64,000 nt of DNA from an uncultured Acidobacteriota bacterium (lineage in GTDB: Bacteria; Acidobacteriota; JAQAZP01): contig CAWIIB010000009.1 of the NCBI GenBank assembly GCA_963836075.1, positions 608,001 to 672,000 of the forward strand. Direction: 5' to 3'. The notes below the pieces were generated by a model, which was not told the origin of the DNA, searched no databases, and saw only the letters and a program-made list of their open reading frames with translations. A program made the translations under genes and the position numbers. This document shows positions 24,989-35,175 of this stretch, in pieces. Positions within the stretch are counted from its first letter, which is position 1. Each line of letters starts with the position of its first letter.

Positions 24989-26631
24989 TGGCCCACATGC
25001 TGTCCCGCATCGGTGTGGAGGGCAACCTCCGGTTCCAGATTCTCGAGGTCCGCAAGCAGTTGAAGCGGATCGACGTCTACCTCCGCAAACCCTCCCCATC
25101 CGGCCTGGAGAAGATCACCGCCGGCGACGATTACATCGATAACCTCAAGCGGATCATCCACCGCAAGTGTTACACCGTTGCGGCGGAGGAGCACGGCGAG
25201 GACGGCCCCCCGGTGGACCTGCTGCGGGCGGTGAACGTGGTGGCCACCAACCTGGAGCGGATCTCGGATTTCTGCGAGGACATCGCCGACCAGGTGGCGC
25301 ACATCGAGGACCCGAAGCTGCTCCGCAAGACAGACTTCCGGCCCCTGGTGTCACAGGCGACCGACGGCCTCGAACTGGTGGAGAAAGCCCTCTTCCGTAT
25401 GGACGTGGAGCAGGCCCTGGGGGTCTGCCGCATCGAGGTCGAGATGGATCGGATCTACGACCGGAGCTTCAAGGCCTGCCTCGACGAAATGCGCACCGGA
25501 CAGGGCATCCAGGGTCAGGTGACGCTGATCTTCATCCACCACTACTTCGAACGGATGGGTGACGCCCTGCAGAACATCGGCGAAGCGATCATCAGCGCGG
25601 CCATCGGTGAGCGGATCAAGATCGAGCAGTTCCACGAATTGGAGGACTCGCTGGAGGCCGGGGCGATGGACGACCATGCCGGCGAAGTCACCCTGCGAAC
25701 CATCGGTGAGACCCGCTCCGGCTGCCGGATCGACGAGGTGCGCGACGGGTCCTCCGGAGACCGGTCGATCATCTTCAAGTCGGGCCGCAAGAAGAAACTC
25801 CTCGAAGAGAAGAAGTGCATCGACCGCTGGCACAAGGTCATGCCCGGCATGGCCCCGAAGATCCACTCCTTCCACGAGGGGAAGGATCACGCCTCGCTGC
25901 TTGTGGAATACCTTCCTGGAAGCACGCTGGAATCGACGCTGCTCCAGGGGCGGATCAAGGATCTCGACCCGGCCCTCGACTGCCTCTTCAAAACGCTCAC
26001 CGGCATCTGGGGGCAAACGAGGAAGAAGAAACCAAAGCCGGCCCGCTTCATGAAACAGTTGTCGGACAGGATGGAAGACGTGTATACCGTGCACAACGCC
26101 TTGCGCACCAACGGCATCTCCATCGGCGGGCTGAAGGCACCCTCGTTCGAGGAGTTGATAAAACAGGCAAAAAAGCTGGAGAAAACCCTCGAGCCGCCTT
26201 TCTCGGTGCTGGGCCACGGGGATTTCAACGTGGACAACGTGATCTACGATCCAGAGGCGGACACGGTTCACTTCATCGACCTGCACCGCTCGCGGATGAT
26301 GGATTACACCCAGGACATCTCCGTCTTTCTCGTTTCCTGCCAGCGGCTGCAGGTCTTCGAAGAGCCGGTGCGGCGCAGGATCGCCCATACCTCCCTACGG
26401 GTGTTCGACTTTGCCTCGAGCTATGCGGAAAAGAGCGGGGATGACACCTTCAATGCCCGGCTGGCCCTGGGCCTGGCCCGGTCCCTGGCCAGTTCCACCC
26501 GCTTTATCCTCGACCGCAAGAGGGCCAAGGCGATATTTCTCCGTTCGCGCTACATCCTCGAGCGGCTGATGGCCGCCACCCCTGCCAGCCTCTCGGAATT
26601 CGTCATTCCCCGGGAAATTCTGGTGGATTAA
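24988..26631 (+). CDS. PhoU-like domain fused to an aminoglycoside/choline-kinase-type phosphotransferase
   Basis: Two PhoU repeats (NLERISD, YFERMGD..QNIGE), GETRSGC, IFKSG, HGDFNVDNVI, FIDLHRS. Translationally coupled to the upstream gene (TGATG). Confidence 0.85.
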   Translation: MAHMLSRIGVEGNLRFQILEVRKQLKRIDVYLRKPSPSGLEKITAGDDYIDNLKRIIHRKCYTVAAEEHGEDGPPVDLLRAVNVVATNLERISDFCEDIADQVAHIEDPKLLRKTDFRPLVSQATDGLELVEKALFRMDVEQALGVCRIEVEMDRIYDRSFKACLDEMRTGQGIQGQVTLIFIHHYFERMGDALQNIGEAIISAAIGERIKIEQFHELEDSLEAGAMDDHAGEVTLRTIGETRSGCRIDEVRDGSSGDRSIIFKSGRKKKLLEEKKCIDRWHKVMPGMAPKIHSFHEGKDHASLLVEYLPGSTLESTLLQGRIKDLDPALDCLFKTLTGIWGQTRKKKPKPARFMKQLSDRMEDVYTVHNALRTNGISIGGLKAPSFEELIKQAKKLEKTLEPPFSVLGHGDFNVDNVIYDPEADTVHFIDLHRSRMMDYTQDISVFLVSCQRLQVFEEPVRRRIAHTSLRVFDFASSYAEKSGDDTFNARLALGLARSLASSTRFILDRKRAKAIFLRSRYILERLMAATPASLSEFVIPREILVD

Positions 26632-26948
26632 CCAAAGATTGCCCTTTTCGCGCGCCCGCCCGCCCCTCAACGCTTGAAGGCCCCGGCCCCCACCCCCCCG
26701 CGAGAGGGTTCGAATTCCTACAAGTGGATTTGTTTTAACGCTTTATCTCTTCGCCGGCACGGCTCTTCGTTTGCGCCCAAATTGATCGACTACTATCATG
26801 GATCTTTAAGCGTAAAGGCTATTGAATCTCCCCGCCGGCCCGTCAAGCCCGCATTTCTCACAAGGTATCACGTGAATATGGGGATGGTTTGTGAGAAGCA
26901 CGGATCATTGACGGTACCCAATTTGAACAGAGCCCAAGGAGCCCCCGA

Positions 26949-28346
26949 ATGAATAGGCACGCACTTATCAAGGAATTGCAAGAGAGCTGGTCCACCGATC
27001 CGCGGTGGGACGGCATAGAACGACCGTACTCGGCCGAGGACGTGGTCAAACTCCGTGGCACGGTCCAGGAGGAGCACACCCTGGCCCGGTTGGGAGCCGA
27101 ACGGCTGTGGCAACTGCTGAAAAGTGAACCGTTCGTCCGCTCACTGGGCGCACTCACCGGCAACCAGGCCGTGCAGCAGGTGCAGGCCGGCCTGAAGGCG
27201 ATCTACGTCAGCGGCTGGCAGGTGGCCGGCGACGCCAACAACGCGGGGCAGATGTATCCCGACCAGAGCCTCTACCCGGCGGACAGCGTCCCCTCCCTGG
27301 TGCGCAGGATCAACAACGCGCTGATGCGGGCCGACCAGATCACCCACGCCGAGGGCCGCTCGGAGAGCATGCCCTGCTGGTTCGCGCCCATCGTGGCCGA
27401 CGCCGAGGCCGGTTTCGGCGGCATCCTCAACGCCTTCGAACTGATGAAGGGGATGATCGAGGCCGGTGCCGCCGGGGTACACTTCGAAGACCAGCTCTCC
27501 TCGGCCAAGAAATGCGGTCACATGGGGGGCAAGGTGCTGGTGCCCACCCAGGAAGCGGTGAGCAAGCTGGTGGCGGCCCGGCTGGCCGCCGACACCCTCG
27601 GCGTGCCCACCCTGGTCATCGCCCGCACCGACGCCAACGGCGCCAGCCTGCTGACCAGCGACATCGATGAAAATGACCGCCCCTTTGTCACCGGTGAACG
27701 GACCCCCGAAGGCTTCTTCCACGTCAACAAGGGGCTGGACCAGGCCATCTCCCGCGGACTGGCCTACGCCCCGTTTGCCGACCTGGTCTGGTGCGAGACC
27801 TCGCACCCCGACCTGGACGAGGCGCGGAAGTTCGCCGAGGCGTTGCACGAGAAGTTCCCCGGCAAACTGCTGGCCTACAACTGCTCCCCTTCGTTCAACT
27901 GGAAACGCCACCTGGACGACGCCACCATCGCCGCATTCCAGCGGGAGCTGGGAGCCATGGGCTACAAGTACCAGTTCGTCACCCTGGCCGGCTTCCACTC
28001 GCTGAACACGGTGATGTTCGAGCTGGCCCACGCCTACCGCGACAGCGGCATGGCCGCCTATTCCAGGCTGCAGGAGAGGGAATTCGAGCTGGAACAGGAC
28101 CACGGCTTCCGCGCGGTGAAGCACCAGAGTTTTGTCGGTGCCGGCTATTTCGACTCGGTGAACCAGGCGATCATGGCCGGCCAGAGCTCCACCACCGCTC
28201 TGGAGGGTTCCACCGAGGCCGAGCAGTTCACCGAGAAGACCCCGGACTTCCGTGAGGCCGAGGTGCACCACGTGGGCAGCAGCGAGGTCGACCCGGTTTC
28301 CCCCGGGGTGACGCTGGTGGAGCCGCCCAAGGGTTCGGCATCATAG
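26949..28346 (+). CDS. aceA: Isocitrate lyase
   Basis: [13 protein letters not shown] signature, [25 protein letters not shown]. Confidence 0.98.
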   Translation: MNRHALIKELQESWSTDPRWDGIERPYSAEDVVKLRGTVQEEHTLARLGAERLWQLLKSEPFVRSLGALTGNQAVQQVQAGLKAIYVSGWQVAGDANNAGQMYPDQSLYPADSVPSLVRRINNALMRADQITHAEGRSESMPCWFAPIVADAEAGFGGILNAFELMKGMIEAGAAGVHFEDQLSSAKKCGHMGGKVLVPTQEAVSKLVAARLAADTLGVPTLVIARTDANGASLLTSDIDENDRPFVTGERTPEGFFHVNKGLDQAISRGLAYAPFADLVWCETSHPDLDEARKFAEALHEKFPGKLLAYNCSPSFNWKRHLDDATIAAFQRELGAMGYKYQFVTLAGFHSLNTVMFELAHAYRDSGMAAYSRLQEREFELEQDHGFRAVKHQSFVGAGYFDSVNQAIMAGQSSTTALEGSTEAEQFTEKTPDFREAEVHHVGSSEVDPVSPGVTLVEPPKGSAS

Positions 28347-28379
28347 CCGGCAGTTCCGGAACAGAAGGACCAGAGTAAA

Positions 28380-29507
28380 ATGAGCTATCAATCGTTCCTC
28401 CCGCCGCTGCGGACCCTGATGGGTCCCGGTCCCTCCGACGTGCACCCCCGGGTGCTCCAGGCCATGTCCCGCCGGACCGTGGGCCACCTCGACCCCGCCT
28501 TCGTGGCGATGATGGACGAGGTGAAGGCGATGCTCCAGTCGGCGTTGAAAACCCGAAACGAAATGACCATGGTGGTCTCGGCTCCCGGCTCCGCCGGCAT
28601 GGAAGCGGCCATCGTCAACCTGGTTCAGCCGGGCGACAAGGTGGCGGTCTGCGTTAATGGCGTCTTTGGCACCCGGATGGCCGAGATCGTGGGCCGCGCC
28701 GGCGGGACGGCCATCGTGGTGGAAGAGGAGTGGGGCCGGGCGGTGGACCCAAACAAGTTGGAAGATGCACTGCGCGCTACCCCTGGAATCAAGGCGGCGG
28801 CCTTTGTTCACGCCGAGACCTCCACCGGCGCCCTCTCCGACGCCAAAGCACTGGCCGAGGTGGCCCGGCGGCACGGCTGCCTGGTGATCGCCGACGCGGT
28901 GACGTCGCTGGGCGGAGCACCGCTGGAGGTGGACGGCTGGGGCCTCGACGCGGTCTACTCCGGCAGCCAGAAATGCCTTTCCTGCACCCCCGGCCTCTCG
29001 CCCCTCACCTTCAGCGAACGGGCCATGGAGGCGGTGGCCGGACGGAAAACCCCGGTGCAGAGCTGGTTCCTCGACCTGAACCTGGTGCGCTCGTACTGGG
29101 GTGGCGGGAAGAAGAGGGCCTACCACCACACCGCGCCGATCAATGCACTCTACGGACTGCACGAGGCGCTGGTCATCCTCCACGAGGAGGGGCTGGAGAA
29201 CGCCTGGAAACGCCACGAGGACAATCACCAGCGGTTGCGCCGCGGCCTGGAGGAGATGGGTCTGGAATACCTGGTCCCCCAGGGTGAACGGATCCCGCAC
29301 CTCAATTCCGTGCGGGTTCCCGACGGCGTGGACGAGGCCGCGGTGCGCAGCCGCCTGCTCAACGAATACAACCTGGAAATCGGGGCCGGACTGGGGCCGC
29401 TGGCCGGAAAGATCTGGCGCATCGGCCTGATGGGCCACACCTCCCGGCCGAAGAACATCCTTTTCTGCCTCTCCGCCCTGGGGGAAACCCTGCGGGCCGA
29501 GGCGTAG
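28380..29507 (+). CDS. Alanine/serine-glyoxylate aminotransferase (class V PLP enzyme)
   Basis: LMGPGPS, HAETSTG, DAVTSLGG, SGSQKCL, YHHTAP, WRIGLMG. Confidence 0.93.
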   Translation: MSYQSFLPPLRTLMGPGPSDVHPRVLQAMSRRTVGHLDPAFVAMMDEVKAMLQSALKTRNEMTMVVSAPGSAGMEAAIVNLVQPGDKVAVCVNGVFGTRMAEIVGRAGGTAIVVEEEWGRAVDPNKLEDALRATPGIKAAAFVHAETSTGALSDAKALAEVARRHGCLVIADAVTSLGGAPLEVDGWGLDAVYSGSQKCLSCTPGLSPLTFSERAMEAVAGRKTPVQSWFLDLNLVRSYWGGGKKRAYHHTAPINALYGLHEALVILHEEGLENAWKRHEDNHQRLRRGLEEMGLEYLVPQGERIPHLNSVRVPDGVDEAAVRSRLLNEYNLEIGAGLGPLAGKIWRIGLMGHTSRPKNILFCLSALGETLRAEA

Positions 29508-29542
29508 CGCACTTTTTATTCTGAATTCAAGGATCCAAGACC

Positions 29543-31120
29543 ATGGAAATCAAACTCACTGCACCGGTGAGCGGGGCCGGAGCGGAGATTCTCACCCAGG
29601 AGGCACTGGACTTTGTGGCCGGCCTGGCCGCCACTTTCGATGTCCGGCGCCGGGAACTGCTCCAGCGGCGGCAGCAGCGGCAGGCCGAGCTGGACGCCGG
29701 CGCCATGCCCGACTTCCTCCCTGAGACCGCGGAGATCCGCAACGGCGACTGGAGCATCGCCCCGCTGCCCGCGGACCTCGAAGACCGCCGGGTGGAGATT
29801 ACCGGCCCGCCGGACCGCAAGATGGTGATCAACGCCCTCAACTCCGGATCCAGCGTTTTCATGGCCGACTTCGAAGACGCCAACTCCCCCACCTGGTCCA
29901 ACTGCGTGGAGGGGCAGGTGAATGTCCGGGATGCCGTGCGGGGAACCATCAGCTTCACCAATCCGGCGGGCAAGGAGTACCGCCTGGGGGATTCCCCCGC
30001 CGTGCTGATGGTGCGGCCGCGGGGCTGGCACCTGGAGGAGAAACATCTGCTGGTGGACGGCACGCCGGTCTCCGCCTCGCTCTTCGACTTCGGGCTCTAC
30101 CTCTTTCACAACGCCCGTACCCTGATGGACAGGGGGACCGGGCCCTACTACTACCTGCCAAAGCTGGAAAGCCACCTGGAAGCCCGGCTGTGGAACGATG
30201 TCTTCGTCGCCGCCCAGGAGAGGCTGGGCATCCCCCGGGGGACCATCCGAGCCACGGTGCTGGTGGAGACCATCCTCGCCGCCTTCGAGATGGACGAGAT
30301 CCTCCACGAGCTGCGCGAGCACTCCGCCGGGCTGAACTGCGGCCGCTGGGACTACATTTTCAGCATCATCAAGCGCTTCCGTTCGCGGCCCGACTTTGTC
30401 ATGCCCGACCGGGGCCAGGTGGGCATGGACCGCCACCTGATGCACTCCTACTCGCTGCTGGCCATCAAGACCTGCCACCGCAGGGGCGCCCCGGCCATCG
30501 GCGGCATGGCGGCCAACATCCCGATCAAGAACGACCCCGAAGCCAACGACGTCGCCATGGGCAAGGTGCGGGCGGACAAGGAACGGGAATCATCCGACGG
30601 TCACGACGGCACCTGGGTGGCCCACCCGGGGCTGGTCCAGCCGGCCCGCGAGATCTTCGACCGCAACATGCCCACCCCAAACCAGATCCACCGTAAGCGG
30701 GAGGACGTGGAGGTCAGCGCCGCGGACCTGCTCCGGATTCCCGGGGGGACGATCACCGAAGCGGGACTGCGTCACAACATCGACGTGGGAATCCAGTATC
30801 TCGAAGCCTGGCTCGGGGGCAGCGGCTGCGTGCCGATCTACAACCTGATGGAGGATGCGGCCACCTCCGAGATCTCCCGGGCCCAGATCTGGCAGTGGAT
30901 CAGGCACGACACCGGCGTACTGGATGACGGCCGGCAGGTCACGGCTGACCTGGTCCGCTCGATGGTGCCCGAGGAACTGGACAAGATCCGCTCCCTGACC
31001 GGGGACCAGCGCTACGATGCCGGGCACTTCCCCCTGGCCCGCCGCCTCTTTGAAAAACTGGTCACCGGCGACGATTTCGCCGAATTTCTCACCCTGGACG
31101 CGTATCAGCAGCTGGACTGA
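29543..31120 (+). CDS. aceB: Malate synthase A
   Basis: [65 protein letters not shown]. Confidence 0.98.
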   Translation: MEIKLTAPVSGAGAEILTQEALDFVAGLAATFDVRRRELLQRRQQRQAELDAGAMPDFLPETAEIRNGDWSIAPLPADLEDRRVEITGPPDRKMVINALNSGSSVFMADFEDANSPTWSNCVEGQVNVRDAVRGTISFTNPAGKEYRLGDSPAVLMVRPRGWHLEEKHLLVDGTPVSASLFDFGLYLFHNARTLMDRGTGPYYYLPKLESHLEARLWNDVFVAAQERLGIPRGTIRATVLVETILAAFEMDEILHELREHSAGLNCGRWDYIFSIIKRFRSRPDFVMPDRGQVGMDRHLMHSYSLLAIKTCHRRGAPAIGGMAANIPIKNDPEANDVAMGKVRADKERESSDGHDGTWVAHPGLVQPAREIFDRNMPTPNQIHRKREDVEVSAADLLRIPGGTITEAGLRHNIDVGIQYLEAWLGGSGCVPIYNLMEDAATSEISRAQIWQWIRHDTGVLDDGRQVTADLVRSMVPEELDKIRSLTGDQRYDAGHFPLARRLFEKLVTGDDFAEFLTLDAYQQLD

Positions 31121-31290
31121 GTACCTGCGGTCCCGGCGCCCCCTGAATCCGGTGTGGAAACACGATCCCATCCCTCCCGCCAACCAGGGTCGGATCATGC
31201 TGGATTACAATGAGTTATCGGCTAACTGTCAATTCCCGTCGTTGACATAGGGAATACAGGTTTCCGAATCAGCGAAGTGCCGAAAGGCAC

Positions 31291-31319
31291 TTGTCTATGT
31301 CGACCCGTCTCTCTATAAT
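31291..31319 (+). promoter_or_regulatory. Sigma70-type promoter upstream of the large secreted protein
   Basis: TTGTCT (31291-31296), 17-bp spacer, TATAAT (31314-31319), in an AT-rich intergenic region. Confidence 0.55.
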
Positions 31320-31652
31320 ATAGATAAATGGATCGATAGATTTCAGCCGTTGCGGCTATTTTCGATAACAGTCTCCTGTACCTCATGAAACAAAAATACG
31401 GGTTTAAACGAGTCGCTGTGCGTACTCGTGATTGATTGGACCGGATGCAGTGAGCGGTTGCCTTGCTACGAGCGTTGGCCCACATCTCACCATTCGACTA
31501 GTCCCCAATACATATTGATGCAGGCGAAAGGAGGTCAGAGCTATCCTGCTCCAGCGGCATTCACCACTGCCGCTTAAAGATTGTTCCCAAATCTGGACCG
31601 CTGCCGGCCTCCTCCAGAACAGCAGGTTGCGGTTCACTCCACAGGAGATGTT

Positions 31653-34052
31653 ATGAGAATTCGATATCTGATCGCGTTCCTGCTGGTTGTCGGCCTGGGC
31701 GCCACCGGCGCAATGGCCGCCAGTTACACCGTCTACCCCACGGTGGAGACCAACGGCACCGGTTACACCACTTACGATGCCAAGACCGGCGGCACCGTGC
31801 TGGCCTGGGGCGGGGTCTCCACCGGCACGGTGAGAAAAGAAAACGGCTACTTCAAATTTGACATCGCCTCGGTGCCCGACGCCACCGCGCCCACCAAGGT
31901 GGAATTCCACTTCTACGTCAACGCCACCAATTATCCCTGGTACAGCGTCACCCCGCTGTCCATCGACCCCAACGCGTTCAGTTCCACCGCGGCCATGGTC
32001 TGGGACGATGTCCAGGCCGAGGCCACCGTGGGCTACTACAACTACCAGAACGAGGGCAGCACCTATGCCCCCGGCTGGAAGATGCTCGAGCTGGGCGGCA
32101 CCGCCGTCGCCGACGTCACCGCCGCCCTGGCCCAGGACTGGTTCGCCCTCGGCATGCCCGAACGCGACTCCACGGCCACCTACTACCTGACCGTCGACGG
32201 CAACACCGACGCCAACATCCCCTACCTGGTGATCTCCGACGACCCGATTTACGCTGAACCCAGCGACCTGGCATGCGTGGTCAACGGCGTCGACGTGGAC
32301 CTCACCTGGACCAACAACGACGTCTACGACTCGATCACAATTTACGAGGACGCCGTTCTGATCGACACCGTGCTGGGCACCGACACCGCGTACACCGTGG
32401 TCAGCCCCACCGTGGATGTGCACTGCTACACGGTCTGCGGCGTGATCTCCGCACTCGAATACTGCAGCGCCGAATGCTGCGTGAACCTGGCGACCTGTGA
32501 CGACGTGCAGGTGGACCTCGGTTCCGTCGGCTGCCCGGGCACGCTGACCGCCTCCGGCGACACCACCGGCGCCGGCGACTTCTGCGGCAACCTGGCGAGC
32601 GACGACTTCTACACCTTCACCGTCACCGCGGCCGGCGCCTTCACGATCACCACCTGCGGCGCGGGAACCAGCTTCGACACCTACATCCGCCTGTATGACG
32701 ACATGTGCTGCGGCAACCAGATCGCCTTCGACGACGACGATCCCACCTGCACGGAATACAGCACGCTGCAGTCGAGGATCGACACGGTCGATCTCTTCCC
32801 CGGCACCTACTACCTGCAAGTGGAAGGGTTCAGCGCCAACGAGGGCACCTACGACCTGACCATCGAGTGCCTCAACTCGCTGATCGTCCCGCCCAGCGAT
32901 CTGGTCTGCACCGAGAACGGTGCCGACATCGACCTGACCTGGGTGAATAACGACACCTACGACAGCATCGACGTCTACGAAGACGACGCGGTTATCGCCA
33001 CCCTCACCGCCACCGACACCACCTACACCGTGGTGGCCCCGGCCAAGGGTGCGCACTGCTGGCACGTCTGCGGCGTGGTGGCCGTTGAGTCGTTCTGCAG
33101 CGCCGACTGCTGCATGATCGTCGGCTACGACAACGTCGACCTGCTCTGGGACTTCGAAGCAGACGACGGTGGCTTCATCACCGACGGCACCTCCGGCTGG
33201 CAGTGGGGCGCTCCCACCTACGGCCCCTGCTTCGACACGGCCGACGGCAACGTCTGGGCCACCAACCTCGACGGCGAGTACACCAACAGCGCCTGCTACC
33301 TGCTCGACACCCCGGTGATCGAAATGGGTGACAAGGGCGGGTACATCTGCATCGACCATTGCTACGACACCGAGTTCAGCTATGACGGAGCCGTGACCTG
33401 GTTCACCACCGACGGTGCGACCTACGCCAATATCGCGCCCCTCGAGGGCTACGATGACGATGCCCTCGTGGCCACCGGCTGCGCCTGGGCCGCCGGCGAG
33501 CCCGGCTTCTCCGGCAGTTCCGAGGGCTGGGTCACCGACTGCTGGGAGCTCACCGACCAGGATTACATCGACTACGGTGTGGCCCTGCGCTTAGCCTTCG
33601 GGTCGGATACTTCCGTGGCCACCTACTCCGGCTGGATGATCGACAACATCACCGTCTACCGCAACCTCATGAGCGGTACCATCGACTGTGACTACACGAT
33701 CACCCCGCTGGTGGGCACGGTGCCCTTCCCCTCGACCCACCGGATCTCCCTGTCCAACCTGCTCTCCGGCGGCGCGGTCTATACCCGCCGGGTTTCCTTC
33801 CGGATCGCGGTGACCATCGGTAACGGCACCTTCTTCAACCCGTGGCGTGCCGGTTACACAAACATCGCTCCGGGGGCCACCTTCTTCAAGCAGTTCCCGG
33901 TGAACTTCCCGGCGCTGGCCACCGTTATCGGAGACAACACCTTCGTGTTGTCTGCTGAGGACGTGACGCCTTCTCCGTACAACCAGCCGCCGTACCCGCC
34001 CGCGGGCGACACGTCCACGAAGACGAACGTGGTGGTGGCCAATGCTCCCTGA
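31653..34052 (+). CDS. Secreted acidic, Cys-rich multidomain protein (two FN3/Ig-like repeats, PPC-like and MAM/jelly-roll-like domains) with the shared NQPPYP C-terminal domain
   Basis: AGGAG RBS; signal peptide MRIRY...AMA; repeats PSDL.C..NG.D.DLTW.NND.YDSI at ~32259 and ~32892; SFDTYIRLYD...GTYYLQVEG; WDFE...GWMIDNITV. Confidence 0.85.
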   Translation: MRIRYLIAFLLVVGLGATGAMAASYTVYPTVETNGTGYTTYDAKTGGTVLAWGGVSTGTVRKENGYFKFDIASVPDATAPTKVEFHFYVNATNYPWYSVTPLSIDPNAFSSTAAMVWDDVQAEATVGYYNYQNEGSTYAPGWKMLELGGTAVADVTAALAQDWFALGMPERDSTATYYLTVDGNTDANIPYLVISDDPIYAEPSDLACVVNGVDVDLTWTNNDVYDSITIYEDAVLIDTVLGTDTAYTVVSPTVDVHCYTVCGVISALEYCSAECCVNLATCDDVQVDLGSVGCPGTLTASGDTTGAGDFCGNLASDDFYTFTVTAAGAFTITTCGAGTSFDTYIRLYDDMCCGNQIAFDDDDPTCTEYSTLQSRIDTVDLFPGTYYLQVEGFSANEGTYDLTIECLNSLIVPPSDLVCTENGADIDLTWVNNDTYDSIDVYEDDAVIATLTATDTTYTVVAPAKGAHCWHVCGVVAVESFCSADCCMIVGYDNVDLLWDFEADDGGFITDGTSGWQWGAPTYGPCFDTADGNVWATNLDGEYTNSACYLLDTPVIEMGDKGGYICIDHCYDTEFSYDGAVTWFTTDGATYANIAPLEGYDDDALVATGCAWAAGEPGFSGSSEGWVTDCWELTDQDYIDYGVALRLAFGSDTSVATYSGWMIDNITVYRNLMSGTIDCDYTITPLVGTVPFPSTHRISLSNLLSGGAVYTRRVSFRIAVTIGNGTFFNPWRAGYTNIAPGATFFKQFPVNFPALATVIGDNTFVLSAEDVTPSPYNQPPYPPAGDTSTKTNVVVANAP

Positions 34053-34109
34053 CCCGGTCAGGGACTGACGGAGGCCGCCTCGCGGCGGCCTCCGGTTGAT
34101 TGACTGACC

Positions 34110-34152
34110 AAGGCCCGGAAGTTGCTGTTCGCAGCGCTTCCGGGCCTTTTTT
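34110..34152 (+). terminator. Intrinsic terminator, preceded by two further hairpins (34046-34064, 34069-34094)
   Basis: AAGGCCCGGAAG / CTTCCGGGCCTT stem followed by T residues. Confidence 0.8.
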
Positions 34153-34216
34153 GTCCATCTCCGGCAAAGGGCCGCAATCTTCCGTAATGCATAAATGCAA
34201 GCACGTCCCCGGCATG

Positions 34217-34248
34217 AAAAAGGGGATGCCGCACATCACGGCATCCCC
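34217..34248 (-). terminator. Intrinsic terminator for the convergent minus-strand operon
   Basis: GGGGATGCCG / CGGCATCCCC stem with AAAAA on its left side (a U-tract on the minus strand). Confidence 0.75.
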
Positions 34249-34279
34249 GCTTCCCAATGTCGATTTTCGATAGCCGGCG

Positions 34280-35164
34280 TTACTCTTTCTCCACCTCGAT
34301 GGTCACACCCTTCGATGCCGTGTACCCGTCGGGGCCGAGGACGTGGCAGGCCAGGTCGATGGCGCCTTCCTTCGTGGTGTGCAGCTGCCAAACACCGCTC
34401 GGGTCCTGCTCCACGTAGCCCTGCCCGGAACCGCCCACCACCCAGCGAAGGGCAGCCGGTGATCGGCTCAACATCACTTCCAGGGGCACGATGTCACCGG
34501 CCGGGCAGTGCTGACGGGACGCGGAGAGCGAGGTGACGGCAATGCGCCCGGCCTTTTCACCGGCCGGCTGGGCCGGCTGATCGAGGATCAGGCGGTCCAC
34601 GGCCGAAGCGATCCGGCCCATCTCCGGGTGCGGGTCCGATCGCGGGTCGAGACAGGCCACACGGACGGCGACGTTGCCGCGAAGGAAGGCGATCCAGGAG
34701 ATCCGTTTTTCCGGCGCGCGGCCCACATAGCCGGTGTCGCCCACCGGGATGCCGAGGCTGGCCGCCGTGGGGACCAGCCGGGAGGAACTGACCGAAGCCA
34801 GATACTCCAGCAGGACGGTCCGGGCCCCGGCCGCGGTTTCCCGGACCGAAACCTCCACCAGGAAGCGGTCCACCCCGGCCTCGTCGGCATAGCGGCGGAT
34901 CGCCGGCGCCCGCGGGCTGAAGTCCACCGCACCGCCGCTGTATCCGTCAAGGGTGAGGTCCATCACCGGCAGGCCGGCGCGCACCGGGCCGGCGGGCCAG
35001 GACGCCGCGTCATAACGCCGGGCGGCATCGGCCAGCCGCTGACCGGCCAGGCCCGGGGTCTGCTGTGCCGTCGCCACAGCGGCAAGCGCGAGAAGGAGAA
35101 TGACCGACAACCCGGCGACCCGGGCGGCCACTGATCGGGCGATGGTTCTGTTCGCTGGTTTCAT
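34280..35164 (-). CDS. Hypothetical secreted protein
   Basis: Start MKPANR lies 12 bp after the upstream stop; hydrophobic signal ending ATA-Q; beta-rich C-terminus. Confidence 0.7.
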   Translation of the reverse strand: MKPANRTIARSVAARVAGLSVILLLALAAVATAQQTPGLAGQRLADAARRYDAASWPAGPVRAGLPVMDLTLDGYSGGAVDFSPRAPAIRRYADEAGVDRFLVEVSVRETAAGARTVLLEYLASVSSSRLVPTAASLGIPVGDTGYVGRAPEKRISWIAFLRGNVAVRVACLDPRSDPHPEMGRIASAVDRLILDQPAQPAGEKAGRIAVTSLSASRQHCPAGDIVPLEVMLSRSPAALRWVVGGSGQGYVEQDPSGVWQLHTTKEGAIDLACHVLGPDGYTASKGVTIEVEKE

Positions 35165-35175
35165 GGTGGTCGCCC

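Noticed and set aside
26632-26948. CRP- or IclR-type site upstream of aceA
   Set aside because: Only half-sites (TGTGA) or short palindromes (TCACGTGA) are present; not enough to call.
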